Shown here: one piece after another, positions 47,559 to 57,326 of the stretch | Layout of the letters: each line of letters opens with the position of its first letter | Numbering within the stretch: position 1 is the first letter of the stretch | Origin: Promethearchaeota archaeon Loki_b32 | Lineage (GTDB): Archaea > Asgardarchaeota > Lokiarchaeia > Sigyniarchaeales > SOKP01 | Length of the DNA: 64,000 nt | NCBI GenBank assembly: GCA_005223125.1 | Contig: NJBH01000005.1 | Location: 64,001-128,000, forward strand | Direction of reading: 5' to 3' | Translations under genes and position numbers: made by a program | The notes under the pieces: model-generated | What the model saw: only the letters and a program-made list of their open reading frames with translations | Databases searched by the model: none | What the model was told of the DNA's origin: nothing

Positions 47559-48713
47559 ATGACTAGTTTAGAAACTCTTTTTAGTCCAGAAAAAATTGGA
47601 AATATTCAAATTAAGAATAGAATTGTGCGTTCTGCGACCTTCATGGCAAGTACAGAAAAATATGGGTATGTCAGCCAGAATCTTATTGATATTTATAGCG
47701 AATTAGCACGTGGAGGTACGGGATTAATAATATCTGGTTTTACAGCAGCAGATCCAGGAGGAACTGCTAGTCCTTTTCAGGCAGGTTTGTATGATGATTC
47801 ATTTATCCCTGGCCAAAAGAAGTTAGTAGAAGCAGTTCACGAGTATTCAGGTGTGAAGATTGCTATTCAAATAGCGCATACGGGTCGGCAAGGATATCAT
47901 CCAAAATATCACCCCGTAGCACCATCTCCTATACCCTTCAAAACAACAGGTTTAACACCACGAGAATTATCATCTGAAGAAATAAAAGATCTAATACAGA
48001 AATTTATAGACACAGGAAGAAGAGGGTATGAGTGTGGCTATGATATGATACAATTACATGCAGCTCATGGATATCTCTTGAGTAACTTCATTTCACCATT
48101 TACAAATAAAAGAACAGATGAATATGGTGGAAATATTGAGAATAGAGCAAAGATTTTAATTGATATATTTACTGGGTTAAAAGATGAATTAGGCAAAAAT
48201 TTCCCATTGATTATAAAATTACAGACAGAAGATTTTATTCCAGAAGGATTAAAATTAGAGGAGGGGGTTCAATTTGCTAAACTTCTTTCAGAAATTGGAT
48301 TTGATGCAATTGAACCTAGCGGAGGTGGAGGAGATGCCCAAATTCTTAGCAAAAAAGCATATCCTAGCCTAGTTATCAAAAACCCTGAAGAAGAGAATTA
48401 TTTTTTATCACACGTTAGAGAAATCAAGCAATACATAAATCGTAGCAAATTAATCTTAATGGGAGGAATTAAAAATCCAATTTTCGCTGAGAAAATCCTT
48501 AAAGATAAAATCGCTGATTTTATTTCGATGAGTCGCCCTTTAATCTTTGAACCAAACCTTCCAAATCGTTGGAAAGAAGGAGATCATTCACCGGCGAAAT
48601 GTATCAGTTGTAATGGTTGTTATATGACTGTGCGAGATGGTCCTGTATATTGTGTTACCAAAAAAAGATTAGAGAAAAAGGCTAAAAGGTTATCAAATTC
48701 TAAGAAAATATAA
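47559..48713 (+). CDS. NADH:flavin oxidoreductase (Old Yellow Enzyme family)
   Basis: IKNRIVRSA, QIAHTG, HAAHGYLLSNFISP, NKRTDEYGG and CISCNGC. Confidence 0.93.
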   Translation: MTSLETLFSPEKIGNIQIKNRIVRSATFMASTEKYGYVSQNLIDIYSELARGGTGLIISGFTAADPGGTASPFQAGLYDDSFIPGQKKLVEAVHEYSGVKIAIQIAHTGRQGYHPKYHPVAPSPIPFKTTGLTPRELSSEEIKDLIQKFIDTGRRGYECGYDMIQLHAAHGYLLSNFISPFTNKRTDEYGGNIENRAKILIDIFTGLKDELGKNFPLIIKLQTEDFIPEGLKLEEGVQFAKLLSEIGFDAIEPSGGGGDAQILSKKAYPSLVIKNPEEENYFLSHVREIKQYINRSKLILMGGIKNPIFAEKILKDKIADFISMSRPLIFEPNLPNRWKEGDHSPAKCISCNGCYMTVRDGPVYCVTKKRLEKKAKRLSNSKKI

Positions 48714-48736
48714 AATTATCTTAAACAGGAACTAAT

Positions 48737-49660
48737 ATGGAAAGTAATCGAAGCAAAAGTGCCTATTCGGACCATTTGTTCCAATTTCGCTTGGTAGAAC
48801 GAAGGAAATTAATCTTATCTCTATCAATTACAATAGTCGTAATGATTTTAGAGATACTTGGAGGATTTATTACTAACAGTATTGCTCTACTTAGCGACGC
48901 AGGACATATGTTTACACATGCATTTGCTATAGGGATTAGTTTGTTAGCTACAACAATCGCGAGAAAACCACCCTGCCATCATAAAACCTTTGGGTTATAT
49001 CGAGCTGAGGTTTTAGCTGCTTTTATTAATGGTTTATTTCTTATTCCTATTGTGGGCATTATTATTTATGAGGCTATTCTTAGATTCTTAAACCCACAAG
49101 ATATTATTGGTTCTTATATGCTAATTGTAGCGTTTATTGGGTTGGGAGTAAATATTACAAGCATTCTTATCCTTCAAGGTAGCCAAAATAATAATTTAAA
49201 TATCAGAAGCGTCTTCTATCATATGATCGCGGATGCCGCATCATCAATAGGAATTGTAATTGCCGCTTTTATTATAATATCAACTGGATTAGTAATTCTT
49301 GATCCTATTGTAAGTTTAGGGATATCTATACTCATTATTTATTGGGCTTATGGAATTTTAAAAGAATCAACCCGTATTTTACTTGAAATGGCACCAAAAG
49401 GAATGAACATAGATACTATTAGTGAGGATTTAAAAGTTAATTTTCCTGAAATTATCGAATTATTTGATGCCCATTTATGGACAATTATTCCAGATATGCT
49501 TATATATTCCGTACATGTCAAACTTAATAATGACCCGATAGAAGGTAATCAAGAAGAACTCATATCAAAAATCAACGATTTCCTGTCAAAATACTATAAA
49601 ATAATTGAATCCACTATACAGATTATGCCTAAAGAATCAGTAGAAGCCTGTAGTATTTAA
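48737..49660 (+). CDS. CDF-family cation efflux transporter (CzcD-like)
   Basis: SIALLSDAGHM, TFGLYRAEVL, NLNIRSVFYHMIAD and HLW. Confidence 0.92.
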   Translation: MESNRSKSAYSDHLFQFRLVERRKLILSLSITIVVMILEILGGFITNSIALLSDAGHMFTHAFAIGISLLATTIARKPPCHHKTFGLYRAEVLAAFINGLFLIPIVGIIIYEAILRFLNPQDIIGSYMLIVAFIGLGVNITSILILQGSQNNNLNIRSVFYHMIADAASSIGIVIAAFIIISTGLVILDPIVSLGISILIIYWAYGILKESTRILLEMAPKGMNIDTISEDLKVNFPEIIELFDAHLWTIIPDMLIYSVHVKLNNDPIEGNQEELISKINDFLSKYYKIIESTIQIMPKESVEACSI

Positions 49661-49763
49661 AACCATTTCCATTCAAAATATAAAATAAACATTTAAATAA
49701 TCCTCTAACCCAAAATTATTAATAATAAAAAATTTCTTATGAAAATTTAACGAGGAATTTATT

Positions 49764-50198
49764 ATGTCATCCGAAAGGAATATAGATCCGTTTGCCGTAA
49801 TGATTTTAGTTCTTAGTGTTATTGGGTTAATATTATTAGCGGCTTTAGACTTTGCAGCTTTTGATTTAAATGGTTCAGGAACCAGATGGTCATGTTTAAG
49901 TTGTGAATATAGTACAACAGGTGATATAATCGCACAAGTGGTAATTCTAATTTTACTTATACTACAAATAGTTATTGCCTTAAATGAGCTTCTGCCAAAA
50001 AGATTAATTGAGAAAGATCTTAACTTAATCGGTATGATTTTAGCATGTCTTACTATACTTTTTGTTATTATTGGAATAGCTTCATTTGGTATTGAATATA
50101 GTGAATATTATTGGTGGCCAGAAACAGGATTTTATGGTGCTATTATAGCAGGAATACTCAATTTAGCTTTGTTCTTCCTAAAATTTAAAAATAGATAA
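49764..50198 (+). CDS. 4-TM membrane protein, possibly claudin/PMP22-like topology
   Basis: Four hydrophobic helices. Loop 1 contains WSCLSC, and TM4 starts GFYGAIIAGIL. Confidence 0.6.
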   Translation: MSSERNIDPFAVMILVLSVIGLILLAALDFAAFDLNGSGTRWSCLSCEYSTTGDIIAQVVILILLILQIVIALNELLPKRLIEKDLNLIGMILACLTILFVIIGIASFGIEYSEYYWWPETGFYGAIIAGILNLALFFLKFKNR

Positions 50199-50262
50199 GT
50201 TCTAGATTTTTAAACCCTTTTTTTTCTTTCTTGAATAATCTGATTAATTGAATAATTTCAAA

Positions 50263-51960
50263 TTAACTTTTTAAGATTTGATGGCTCTCTCTTAATTTCC
50301 TCCTAAAAATTTTACCAACTACAGTCCGAGGCAATACATTTACAAATTCTACCTTACGAGGATATTTATAAGCAGCCATTTTTTCTTTTGACCATTCAAT
50401 AATATCGATTTCTGTAACTTTTTCTTTATATTCTGGTCTAAGAGCTATATATGCTTTTATGGTTTCTCCAATATTTGGATCGGGAGCGGAAACTACTCCC
50501 GCTTCTAAAATTCCTGGGTGTTCACATAATTTTTCTTCGACTTCTTTTGGCATAATCTTATACCCTTTGTATTTTATTATATCTTTTGTACGACCTTCGA
50601 TATAAAAATACCCTTCATCGTCCATTCTGGCAAGATCACCTGTTCTAAGCCACCCATCGACTATTGTTTCAGCAGTTTCTTCTGGCTTTTTCCAATATCC
50701 TTTCATGATTTGGGGTCCTTTTATTAATATTTCTCCTATTTCGCCTGGAGGAAGTTCTTCTAATGAATCGGGATTCACAATTTTTACATCAGTATCAATA
50801 AGAGGAATACCGATACTTTCGATTATTATTTTAGGTAACCAAGTTGGGCTCATATGTGTTATTGCCGCGGTTTCTGTTAGCCCAAAACCTTGCCCAACTT
50901 TAAATCCAACCACTTCTTCCCATTTTCTGTTTAATTCTGGAGACAATGCTGCTGACCCAGAAATTGCTGATTCAAGACTTGAAAGATCTCGATTTCTAAA
51001 ATCAGGGGAGTTAACTAACATTTGAAACATAACTGGTACACCAATAAATATAGATGTTTTGTAGTATTCAATCGCTTCTAGAACTTCAGAAGCATTAAAT
51101 GACTGGAACATAACAAGCATCGTTGCTAGCACTGATGATGAAAGTAAGATTTGAAAACCAAAAGAGTGGCAAATAGGAAGAACTGTTAAAACTGTATTTT
51201 TACCATATATATCAATGTCTTCTACATCATCCTTTTTCAAACCATTTAAGCTCGCAAGAGAGCAAGCTACTAAATTATTATGTGTTAGCATAACTCCTTT
51301 CGGTAAACCTGTTGTACCACCAGTATACAATAATGCTGCAATATCGTTCATTGGATCTATGTCCACTTCGGGAGGTTTTGGTGTCTTTCCACTTATAAAC
51401 TCTTGGAAGGTGATAGTATCAGGTTTAGCTTCTTCTGTTCCAAGAAGAATAACGTTCTTAAATTCAATATCCTTTCTAACTTTCTTAATAACCCTGAAAT
51501 TATTTTTGTGAACGAAAATAGTATCAATAATTCCAGCATCTTTAATAATATGTGTAACATCCACCTCTTTGAGAAGGGGGTTTATTGGAACTAAACTTGC
51601 GCCAGTTTCCATAATACCTAAACAACAGAATAAAAACTCAGGACAATTACTTGTCATAATCGCTACTCCATCTCCTTTTTTCACACCCGCCTCGTGTAAA
51701 GCATTTGCGATTCTGTCTGAAATATTGACAAGGTCTCGATATGTGTATTTTTTATCTTTCGGTTTATAATAAACACAAACATTATTAAGATATTTAGTAA
51801 TTGTCCTTTTTAGATATTCATGCACCGGGATAGGATCAAATTTAATTGATTTTGGAATGTAGTCAGGCCTAAATTTTAACCAGGGACGATTTGGATTCTC
51901 GAGATAAGGAGATTCATTTTCGTAATCTAAATATGGTTCCCAATCTGAATAATCTTTCAT
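50263..51960 (-). CDS. Long-chain fatty acid-CoA ligase (AMP-binding)
   Basis: YTGGTTGLPKG, GFGLTE, GWLRTGDL and PRTVVGK. Confidence 0.93.
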   Translation of the reverse strand: MKDYSDWEPYLDYENESPYLENPNRPWLKFRPDYIPKSIKFDPIPVHEYLKRTITKYLNNVCVYYKPKDKKYTYRDLVNISDRIANALHEAGVKKGDGVAIMTSNCPEFLFCCLGIMETGASLVPINPLLKEVDVTHIIKDAGIIDTIFVHKNNFRVIKKVRKDIEFKNVILLGTEEAKPDTITFQEFISGKTPKPPEVDIDPMNDIAALLYTGGTTGLPKGVMLTHNNLVACSLASLNGLKKDDVEDIDIYGKNTVLTVLPICHSFGFQILLSSSVLATMLVMFQSFNASEVLEAIEYYKTSIFIGVPVMFQMLVNSPDFRNRDLSSLESAISGSAALSPELNRKWEEVVGFKVGQGFGLTETAAITHMSPTWLPKIIIESIGIPLIDTDVKIVNPDSLEELPPGEIGEILIKGPQIMKGYWKKPEETAETIVDGWLRTGDLARMDDEGYFYIEGRTKDIIKYKGYKIMPKEVEEKLCEHPGILEAGVVSAPDPNIGETIKAYIALRPEYKEKVTEIDIIEWSKEKMAAYKYPRKVEFVNVLPRTVVGKIFRRKLRESHQILKS

Positions 51961-52086
51961 AATAACTACCCCTAATATTCAAATTTACATATATTAAATC
52001 TTAAAATATATAAACTCTAATATAAAAAATTCAATCTAAATATTTAAAAGTCTTCACTTATGAAAGAGACGGAATTGTAAATGAAA

Positions 52087-52428
52087 TTACATCCATGAAA
52101 CTATTTTTTCTGATTCTACTAGAACGTCAACTAACTGATCATATCCAATACCTTTTACTTTATCATTTAGAGTTTTAGGGTCCATTCCTCTAGCTTTAAT
52201 ATCAGGTATTAAAGCATAAACACTGATGGGCAGATTTAAAAGATTCCTTAGTTTTTCAGTTGTTAGTGTTCTTTTTGATGTGCCAATTACACCATCATGT
52301 AAAAAAATTATTATCATATCGATATTTAATTGGGAATGTTCTTGTATGATCTCGAATAAAATATCGAATTTTGCATCATTGGTATGGCTAAAACCATACA
52401 AGTAAACAATTTTTTTTTTTTCTTGCAT
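52087..52428 (-). CDS. DsrH/TusB-like sulfur-relay protein
   Basis: FLHDGV, YALIPDIKARG, IGYDQLVD and terminal VSWM. ATG 52428 follows GGTGA. Confidence 0.82.
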   Translation of the reverse strand: MQEKKKIVYLYGFSHTNDAKFDILFEIIQEHSQLNIDMIIIFLHDGVIGTSKRTLTTEKLRNLLNLPISVYALIPDIKARGMDPKTLNDKVKGIGYDQLVDVLVESEKIVSWM

Positions 52429-52441
52429 TTCTATCACCAAA

Positions 52442-52810
52442 TCAATACTTAAAGCTCATATCAGCGTCTAAAATGAGCTGAGAAATTTCTTGAATATTTA
52501 CAATTTTTAAATTTTCCTTTAAACTTAGATCATTAACTTCTAATCCTGCTATTTTTAATGCTTCATCATGAATTAGTATTTCAAGTTCAGAGAGTTCTAT
52601 TAATCTCATAACATTTGTAAATTTGTCCACGTTTAAGGCCTCTGGATTTAAATTCTTATCAAAAAAGTAAACAGCATCTTTTAAAATAATAACTTTTACA
52701 TCCTCTACATCTCCTACTGCGAGGATTCCCGCAGCCATACGAATAGATTCTATTACCGAATTTTTGCCAAATGGAGATTCTTCACACATAATAACAACTG
52801 ACTCGACCAT
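52442..52810 (-). CDS. DsrF/TusC-like sulfur-relay protein
   Basis: ESPFG...ESIRMA and DAVY. Lies between the DsrE-like and DsrH-like genes. Confidence 0.82.
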   Translation of the reverse strand: MVESVVIMCEESPFGKNSVIESIRMAAGILAVGDVEDVKVIILKDAVYFFDKNLNPEALNVDKFTNVMRLIELSELEILIHDEALKIAGLEVNDLSLKENLKIVNIQEISQLILDADMSFKY

Positions 52811-52815
52811 TCCCC

Positions 52816-53184
52816 TCATCCTCCAGGACCAAAAAATATGACTTTATCGGATCTAGCAATTAAATCAGATAATCCGCCCAAACCTTCTCGATAAGCACCT
52901 TCAATAAATTCTTCCTTTTTAATCCCAGTAAAACCAATCCAAGTACTGCAAGCTAAGAGTTCTATATTATAAACTTTACAAAAATTTTCAAGAAGATCTG
53001 ATAAATTACGATCAGAAGTACTCTTGATAATTCTCTTTTTAATATTATACACACCGCTGCCATAGAGAAATATTCCTAAAATTTTATGCCCTTTTTTAAT
53101 TATAGCTTCACCTAAATTAAGTAAAGTATCCATAGCTTCATATTTATAGGGTTCTGCACATACGACAAAAGTAAATGATACCAT
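52816..53184 (-). CDS. DsrE/TusD-like sulfur-relay protein
   Basis: EPY, GHKILGIFLYGSGVYN, active-site ACST and GLGGL...DKVIFF. Confidence 0.85.
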   Translation of the reverse strand: MVSFTFVVCAEPYKYEAMDTLLNLGEAIIKKGHKILGIFLYGSGVYNIKKRIIKSTSDRNLSDLLENFCKVYNIELLACSTWIGFTGIKKEEFIEGAYREGLGGLSDLIARSDKVIFFGPGG

Positions 53185-53288
53185 CTTGAATTATCTTTAT
53201 ATTTTAATTTTTCGTTAGAATTAGAAATTTAATAATAAATTTAATTCTTATTTTAACAAAAAATAATAAAGTTAAAAAAAAATGGACC

Positions 53289-54200
53289 TTATTTTAAAGG
53301 TTTTATAGCTTTAACATTTATACTTGTATTAGAAACATCTAATTCAGTAAAATCATTGAATGATTTAACTTGATCTCCCAAAAGTTCTTTAACATTTGGA
53401 TCATTCAGCAAGAAATCAACTGTAGAGAAGTTGCTATCTTCAAGGATCTCAACCTCTTGAAATCCTGCCTTTTCAATTGCTTCTATATATTTATCTTTTA
53501 AAATCGCTCCACCTATACAACTGACATAAGCTTCTATATTAGATTTTATTTCTTCAGGGAGTTCCTTTAATAAAACTATGTCTGAAACCATAATCCTCCC
53601 TCCAGGCTTTAAGACTCGATAAGCTTCTCTAAACACTCTTTCTTTATCTGGCGCAAGGTTAATTACACAATTTGACATAATAAGATCAACTGAATTATCA
53701 GCAACCGGTAAATTTTCTATTTCGCCAAGTCTAAACTCAACATTATCAAAATTACCTTCTTTAGAATTTTTACGAGCTCTATCTATCATTGCAGGGGTCA
53801 TATCTACTCCGATTACTTTTCCTGTTCTTCCTACACTGTTTGCAGCAATAAAGCAATCTAACCCTCCACCAGAACCAAGATCGAGAACAACTTCTCCCTC
53901 TTTTATAGAGGCATGAGCCGTTGGGTTCCCACATCCTGCGCCTAGATTTGCTCCTTTAGGAATACTTTTAAGATCATCTTCAGTATATCCTAAGTGAGCA
54001 CTATAATTCTTCATAAAATCTTCAATCTTATCAGCAGGAATTGCGATTGGGGCACAAGTACCCGTCCCACAAGAACTTGATGAAATATTTTCTGAATTTG
54101 TAGAGGGACTGCAACAACTTGAACCCCTAGATCTTGTAGCTACTTTACCATATGCTTCTCTTACAATTTTCTTTATCTTATTATCTTCTAATTCAACCAT
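53289..54200 (-). CDS. arsM: Arsenite S-adenosylmethionine methyltransferase (copy 1)
   Basis: N-terminal CC, LGAGCGNP, LDLGSGGGLDC, SNCVINL and SCIGGA. Confidence 0.9.
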   Translation of the reverse strand: MVELEDNKIKKIVREAYGKVATRSRGSSCCSPSTNSENISSSSCGTGTCAPIAIPADKIEDFMKNYSAHLGYTEDDLKSIPKGANLGAGCGNPTAHASIKEGEVVLDLGSGGGLDCFIAANSVGRTGKVIGVDMTPAMIDRARKNSKEGNFDNVEFRLGEIENLPVADNSVDLIMSNCVINLAPDKERVFREAYRVLKPGGRIMVSDIVLLKELPEEIKSNIEAYVSCIGGAILKDKYIEAIEKAGFQEVEILEDSNFSTVDFLLNDPNVKELLGDQVKSFNDFTELDVSNTSINVKAIKPLK

Positions 54201-54225
54201 ATTTTTTACCTCTATCCTATTATTT

Positions 54226-54354
54226 CTATTTTATACCTTTAAATAGGCAGTAGCCCAATGTTCCATTAAGAACTACTTCCAAAAATTTTCTTTGATTTTC
54301 AAGTGCTTTATTTACTCCTTCTTGAACATATTCATTAGTGATTTTATCTCTTTG
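54226..54354 (-). pseudogene. C-terminal remnant of a deleted gene, probably a methyltransferase
   Basis: Frame QRDKITNEYVQEGVNKALENQRKFLEVVLNGTLGYCLFKGIK* with an in-frame stop directly upstream and no 5' start. GYxLFxGxK resembles the last strand of class I methyltransferases. Confidence 0.45.
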
Positions 54355-54404
54355 TTATTTTAAATTTTTAAAAAAAAGAATAATAGTAAAATAAAATTTT
54401 ATTT

Positions 54405-55253
54405 CTAGATATCTTTAGGTTTATATGCCTTAACTTTCAAACTTATCCCTGCCTCACCAAAATTTCGAATTTCTTCTATTTGTTCAGGAGTCAAGTCTAA
54501 TTTTTCCTTGAATTCAAGTAAATTATGATCTGATATCATGAATTTGATTGGAAAATAAGATTCTCCAACTATTTCAACATTTTGAAATCCCGTTTCTTGA
54601 ATGATTCTTATATAATCTTCTCTTAATAGTGCTCCTGCTACACAGCCAATATATGCTTCTAAATTTTGCTTTAATAGATAGGGTAATTCTTCCATTAAAA
54701 CAATATCAGAAATCAATATCCTTCCACCTGGTTTTAAAACACGATAAGTTTCCTTAAAAACCTTTTCTTTTTCAGGAGAAAGGTTGATAACACAGTTAGA
54801 AATCACAAGATCAGCAACATTATCAGCAACAGGTAAATTTTCAATTTCACCAAGTCGGAATTCTACGTTTTTATAATCTTCTTTTCTTGCATTTTCTCGA
54901 GCTGTATCAATCATCTGAGGTGTCATATCTACACCAATTACTTGGCCATTTTTTCCTACTTTATTTGCTGCTAGAAAACAATCAAATCCGGTACCTGAAC
55001 CAAGATCAACAATAGTTTCGCCTTCCTTTATAGAAGCAAGTGCAATTGGATTTCCACACCCTAAACCTACTGTACCTTGAGGAACATTTTTAATTTCCTC
55101 TTCTGAATATCCGATTTTAGTACTATAATTTTGTGCTGTCTTAATTGAATTCGTCGAAGAGCAACCACAAGCATAACTCTTTGCACGATCTGCTGTTTTA
55201 CCGTATTGCTCTCTTACAATTTTTCGTATTTCTTGAGTATCTAATTCTACCAT
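54405..55253 (-). CDS. arsM: Arsenite S-adenosylmethionine methyltransferase (copy 2)
   Basis: CGC, LGCGNP, VDLGSGTGFDC, SNCVINL and GCVAGA. ATG at 55253. Confidence 0.9.
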   Translation of the reverse strand: MVELDTQEIRKIVREQYGKTADRAKSYACGCSSTNSIKTAQNYSTKIGYSEEEIKNVPQGTVGLGCGNPIALASIKEGETIVDLGSGTGFDCFLAANKVGKNGQVIGVDMTPQMIDTARENARKEDYKNVEFRLGEIENLPVADNVADLVISNCVINLSPEKEKVFKETYRVLKPGGRILISDIVLMEELPYLLKQNLEAYIGCVAGALLREDYIRIIQETGFQNVEIVGESYFPIKFMISDHNLLEFKEKLDLTPEQIEEIRNFGEAGISLKVKAYKPKDI

Positions 55254-55333
55254 TTTTTTACCACACTCCAATTCAATAATTATTTTTTATAATTTTATTC
55301 AATTATAAATAATCAACTATAGAATATAAAGGT

Positions 55334-55354
55334 TCCGAACATTTCGGATCCGAA
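55334..55354. promoter_or_regulatory. Candidate operator with three TCCGAA half-sites upstream of arsM TATA
   Basis: TCCGAA-cat-TTCGGA-TCCGAA, including the perfect palindrome TTCGGATCCGAA. It abuts TTTATATT on the minus strand (55323-55330). Confidence 0.6.
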
Positions 55355-55393
55355 CTATTTCTGAAAATAAAAAAGCTATTTCAAATAATGAAA

Positions 55394-55879
55394 TCAAGCT
55401 TGATATACGTCCATCTCATTCATTTCAAATGAATTATCTAATTTTTTCAGAAGATGGACCAGGTATTTAATCTCTTCAGCTTCAAAACCACCACAACAAT
55501 CCTTTACAACAATCTTAATAGGTCGAGGTAGAGATTTTAAATTTTTTCCTTTTTCAGTAAGTTTTACTAAAAGACTTCGTCTATCATTTGGATTTGATTC
55601 TCGTGTTACTAGATTATTTTTTTCCATAGTATCAACAATCCCTGTTATTGTTGATTGAGAACAACAATATGCTAAAGCTAGCATTTTAAATGGTTTTTCA
55701 TCTGATTTCCAGAGTTCTTGTAGGATTGAGTATTGAGGAGGAGTGAGATTTGATTCCTTAATAACACGACGTTGTAATTTTTTATATTTTTTATTAATTC
55801 TATTGATCAATTCGAAGATCTCTGAAAAATAAATTATTTCTACATCATCATCGTTGCTTTCAATATTAAGTTCAGTCAT
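55394..55879 (-). CDS. MarR-family transcriptional regulator
   Basis: LTPPQYSIL, STITGIVDTMEKNNLV and DRRSLLVKLTEKG. Two CC pairs. ATG at 55879. Confidence 0.92.
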   Translation of the reverse strand: MTELNIESNDDDVEIIYFSEIFELINRINKKYKKLQRRVIKESNLTPPQYSILQELWKSDEKPFKMLALAYCCSQSTITGIVDTMEKNNLVTRESNPNDRRSLLVKLTEKGKNLKSLPRPIKIVVKDCCGGFEAEEIKYLVHLLKKLDNSFEMNEMDVYQA

Positions 55880-56081
55880 TATATTTTTTACCAAATTATT
55901 AGGATATTAATTATTTACTTCCTTAATATATTAATAATTTTATAATTTATTATTGTTTCGCTTTATTTATGATAAATAAAAAAAGAATTGGTAGTTTCAC
56001 CTAATATATATTAAACTATTGATTAAAATTTAAGTGGAAAATAATATCTTTCTCTTTCAAATAGATGGTATTGAACTCAAA

Positions 56082-56696
56082 ATGAAAAATCCCTATGATA
56101 TCTGTATTTGGAAAGATACTGCAGAGTGTGGAACTTGCCCAATTAATGGTAAACTAATATGCCACTTTCATAGAAAATATTTGTTTAGTTTTATTGGATT
56201 CTTTTTTGCTTTTGCTGTTACTGCTTTTATCGGGGTTATAATAGCAGGTTACGGTTGGTTTTTATTGGGTTGGGTTGGTTTTTGGTTATTTTTCTTTGAA
56301 TTTTGGGAAATTCGAATTCTGTGTAGCCATTGTCCCTACTACGCTGAAAAAGGGAAAACATTACATTGTATTGCTAATTATAGCAGCTTTAAACTCTGGA
56401 AATATCACCCTGAACCTATGAATTTATCCGAGAAAATCCAATTGTTAATTGGTTTTATTATTCTTATTGGATATCCTTTAATTTTTTTGATGATCGGTGG
56501 TCAATTTATCTTTTTAATAATTACAATTATCGAAATTTTCATTTTTTTTGGCTTTTTAATAGTAAAAAGGTGTGGAAATTGTTTGAATTTCTCGTGTCCT
56601 TTCAATCGTGTAAAAAAAGAATGTGTTGATATTTTTCTAAAAAAAAATCCAGTAATGAGAAAAGCTTGGGAAGATAAAGGGTATAAAACAGATTAA
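56082..56696 (+). CDS. Cys-rich 4-TM membrane protein (putative metal-binding)
   Basis: CIW...CGTC...C, CSHCPYY...C and CGNCLNFSCPFN flank TM pairs. ATG at 56082. Confidence 0.75.
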   Translation: MKNPYDICIWKDTAECGTCPINGKLICHFHRKYLFSFIGFFFAFAVTAFIGVIIAGYGWFLLGWVGFWLFFFEFWEIRILCSHCPYYAEKGKTLHCIANYSSFKLWKYHPEPMNLSEKIQLLIGFIILIGYPLIFLMIGGQFIFLIITIIEIFIFFGFLIVKRCGNCLNFSCPFNRVKKECVDIFLKKNPVMRKAWEDKGYKTD

Positions 56697-56741
56697 TTTA
56701 GAAAAATTAATATAAAAAAAAGTCTAAAATTTGTTCTTTAA

Positions 56742-57197
56742 TTATATTTTTATTTTTATAGCTATTATTTCTCCAGTTACATATTCTATTTCTTTAACGA
56801 AAAGCGAGCAGGATACAGTTATTTTTCGTTCTTTCATTTCCTTTATTCGTGCTCGAAAGACCCACGGTTTATTCAATGGTGTTGGTTTTAAGAATTTCAC
56901 AAATAACGAACCGGTTGCATATGCGATTGGAGGATCGGTACCTTCCTCTCGACCTTCTGCTCTGTGAGCTGCTGAAGCAGCAGTATTAAGACAGTGACAA
57001 TCAAGAATAGTTGCTATTATTCCTCCACATCCTCTACCAGGATATGCACAGTGATATCTTTTTGGTTTCCAAGTACAGACACATTCATCTCCTTCCCAAT
57101 AGCTTTTGATTTGTAATCCATGTTCATTATTCTTACCACATCCCCAACAGTAGTTTCCCATATCAGGCCATTTATCTTGAATGGCTTTATTTTCCAT
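56742..57197 (-). CDS. PaaI/hotdog-fold thioesterase
   Basis: CWGCGKNNEHGL, GGIIATILDCH and VKFLKPTP. Confidence 0.88.
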   Translation of the reverse strand: MENKAIQDKWPDMGNYCWGCGKNNEHGLQIKSYWEGDECVCTWKPKRYHCAYPGRGCGGIIATILDCHCLNTAASAAHRAEGREEGTDPPIAYATGSLFVKFLKPTPLNKPWVFRARIKEMKERKITVSCSLFVKEIEYVTGEIIAIKIKI

Positions 57198-57326
57198 ATA
57201 AAATTCTCCTTTTTTTTTACTTTTTCATAAAATCTATTGAATTTCATTAATAAATTTTTTTGATAGAAACGTCAATTTTTAATTAAATAAAAAGATTATT
57301 TAACTCTTATGGGATTTATTGATTTC

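Noticed and set aside
52816-55253. Selenocysteine (UGA) recoding in the DsrE-like or ArsM genes
   Set aside because: The frames have no internal TGA at catalytic positions (the DsrE ACSTW uses TGG), and I found no convincing SECIS.
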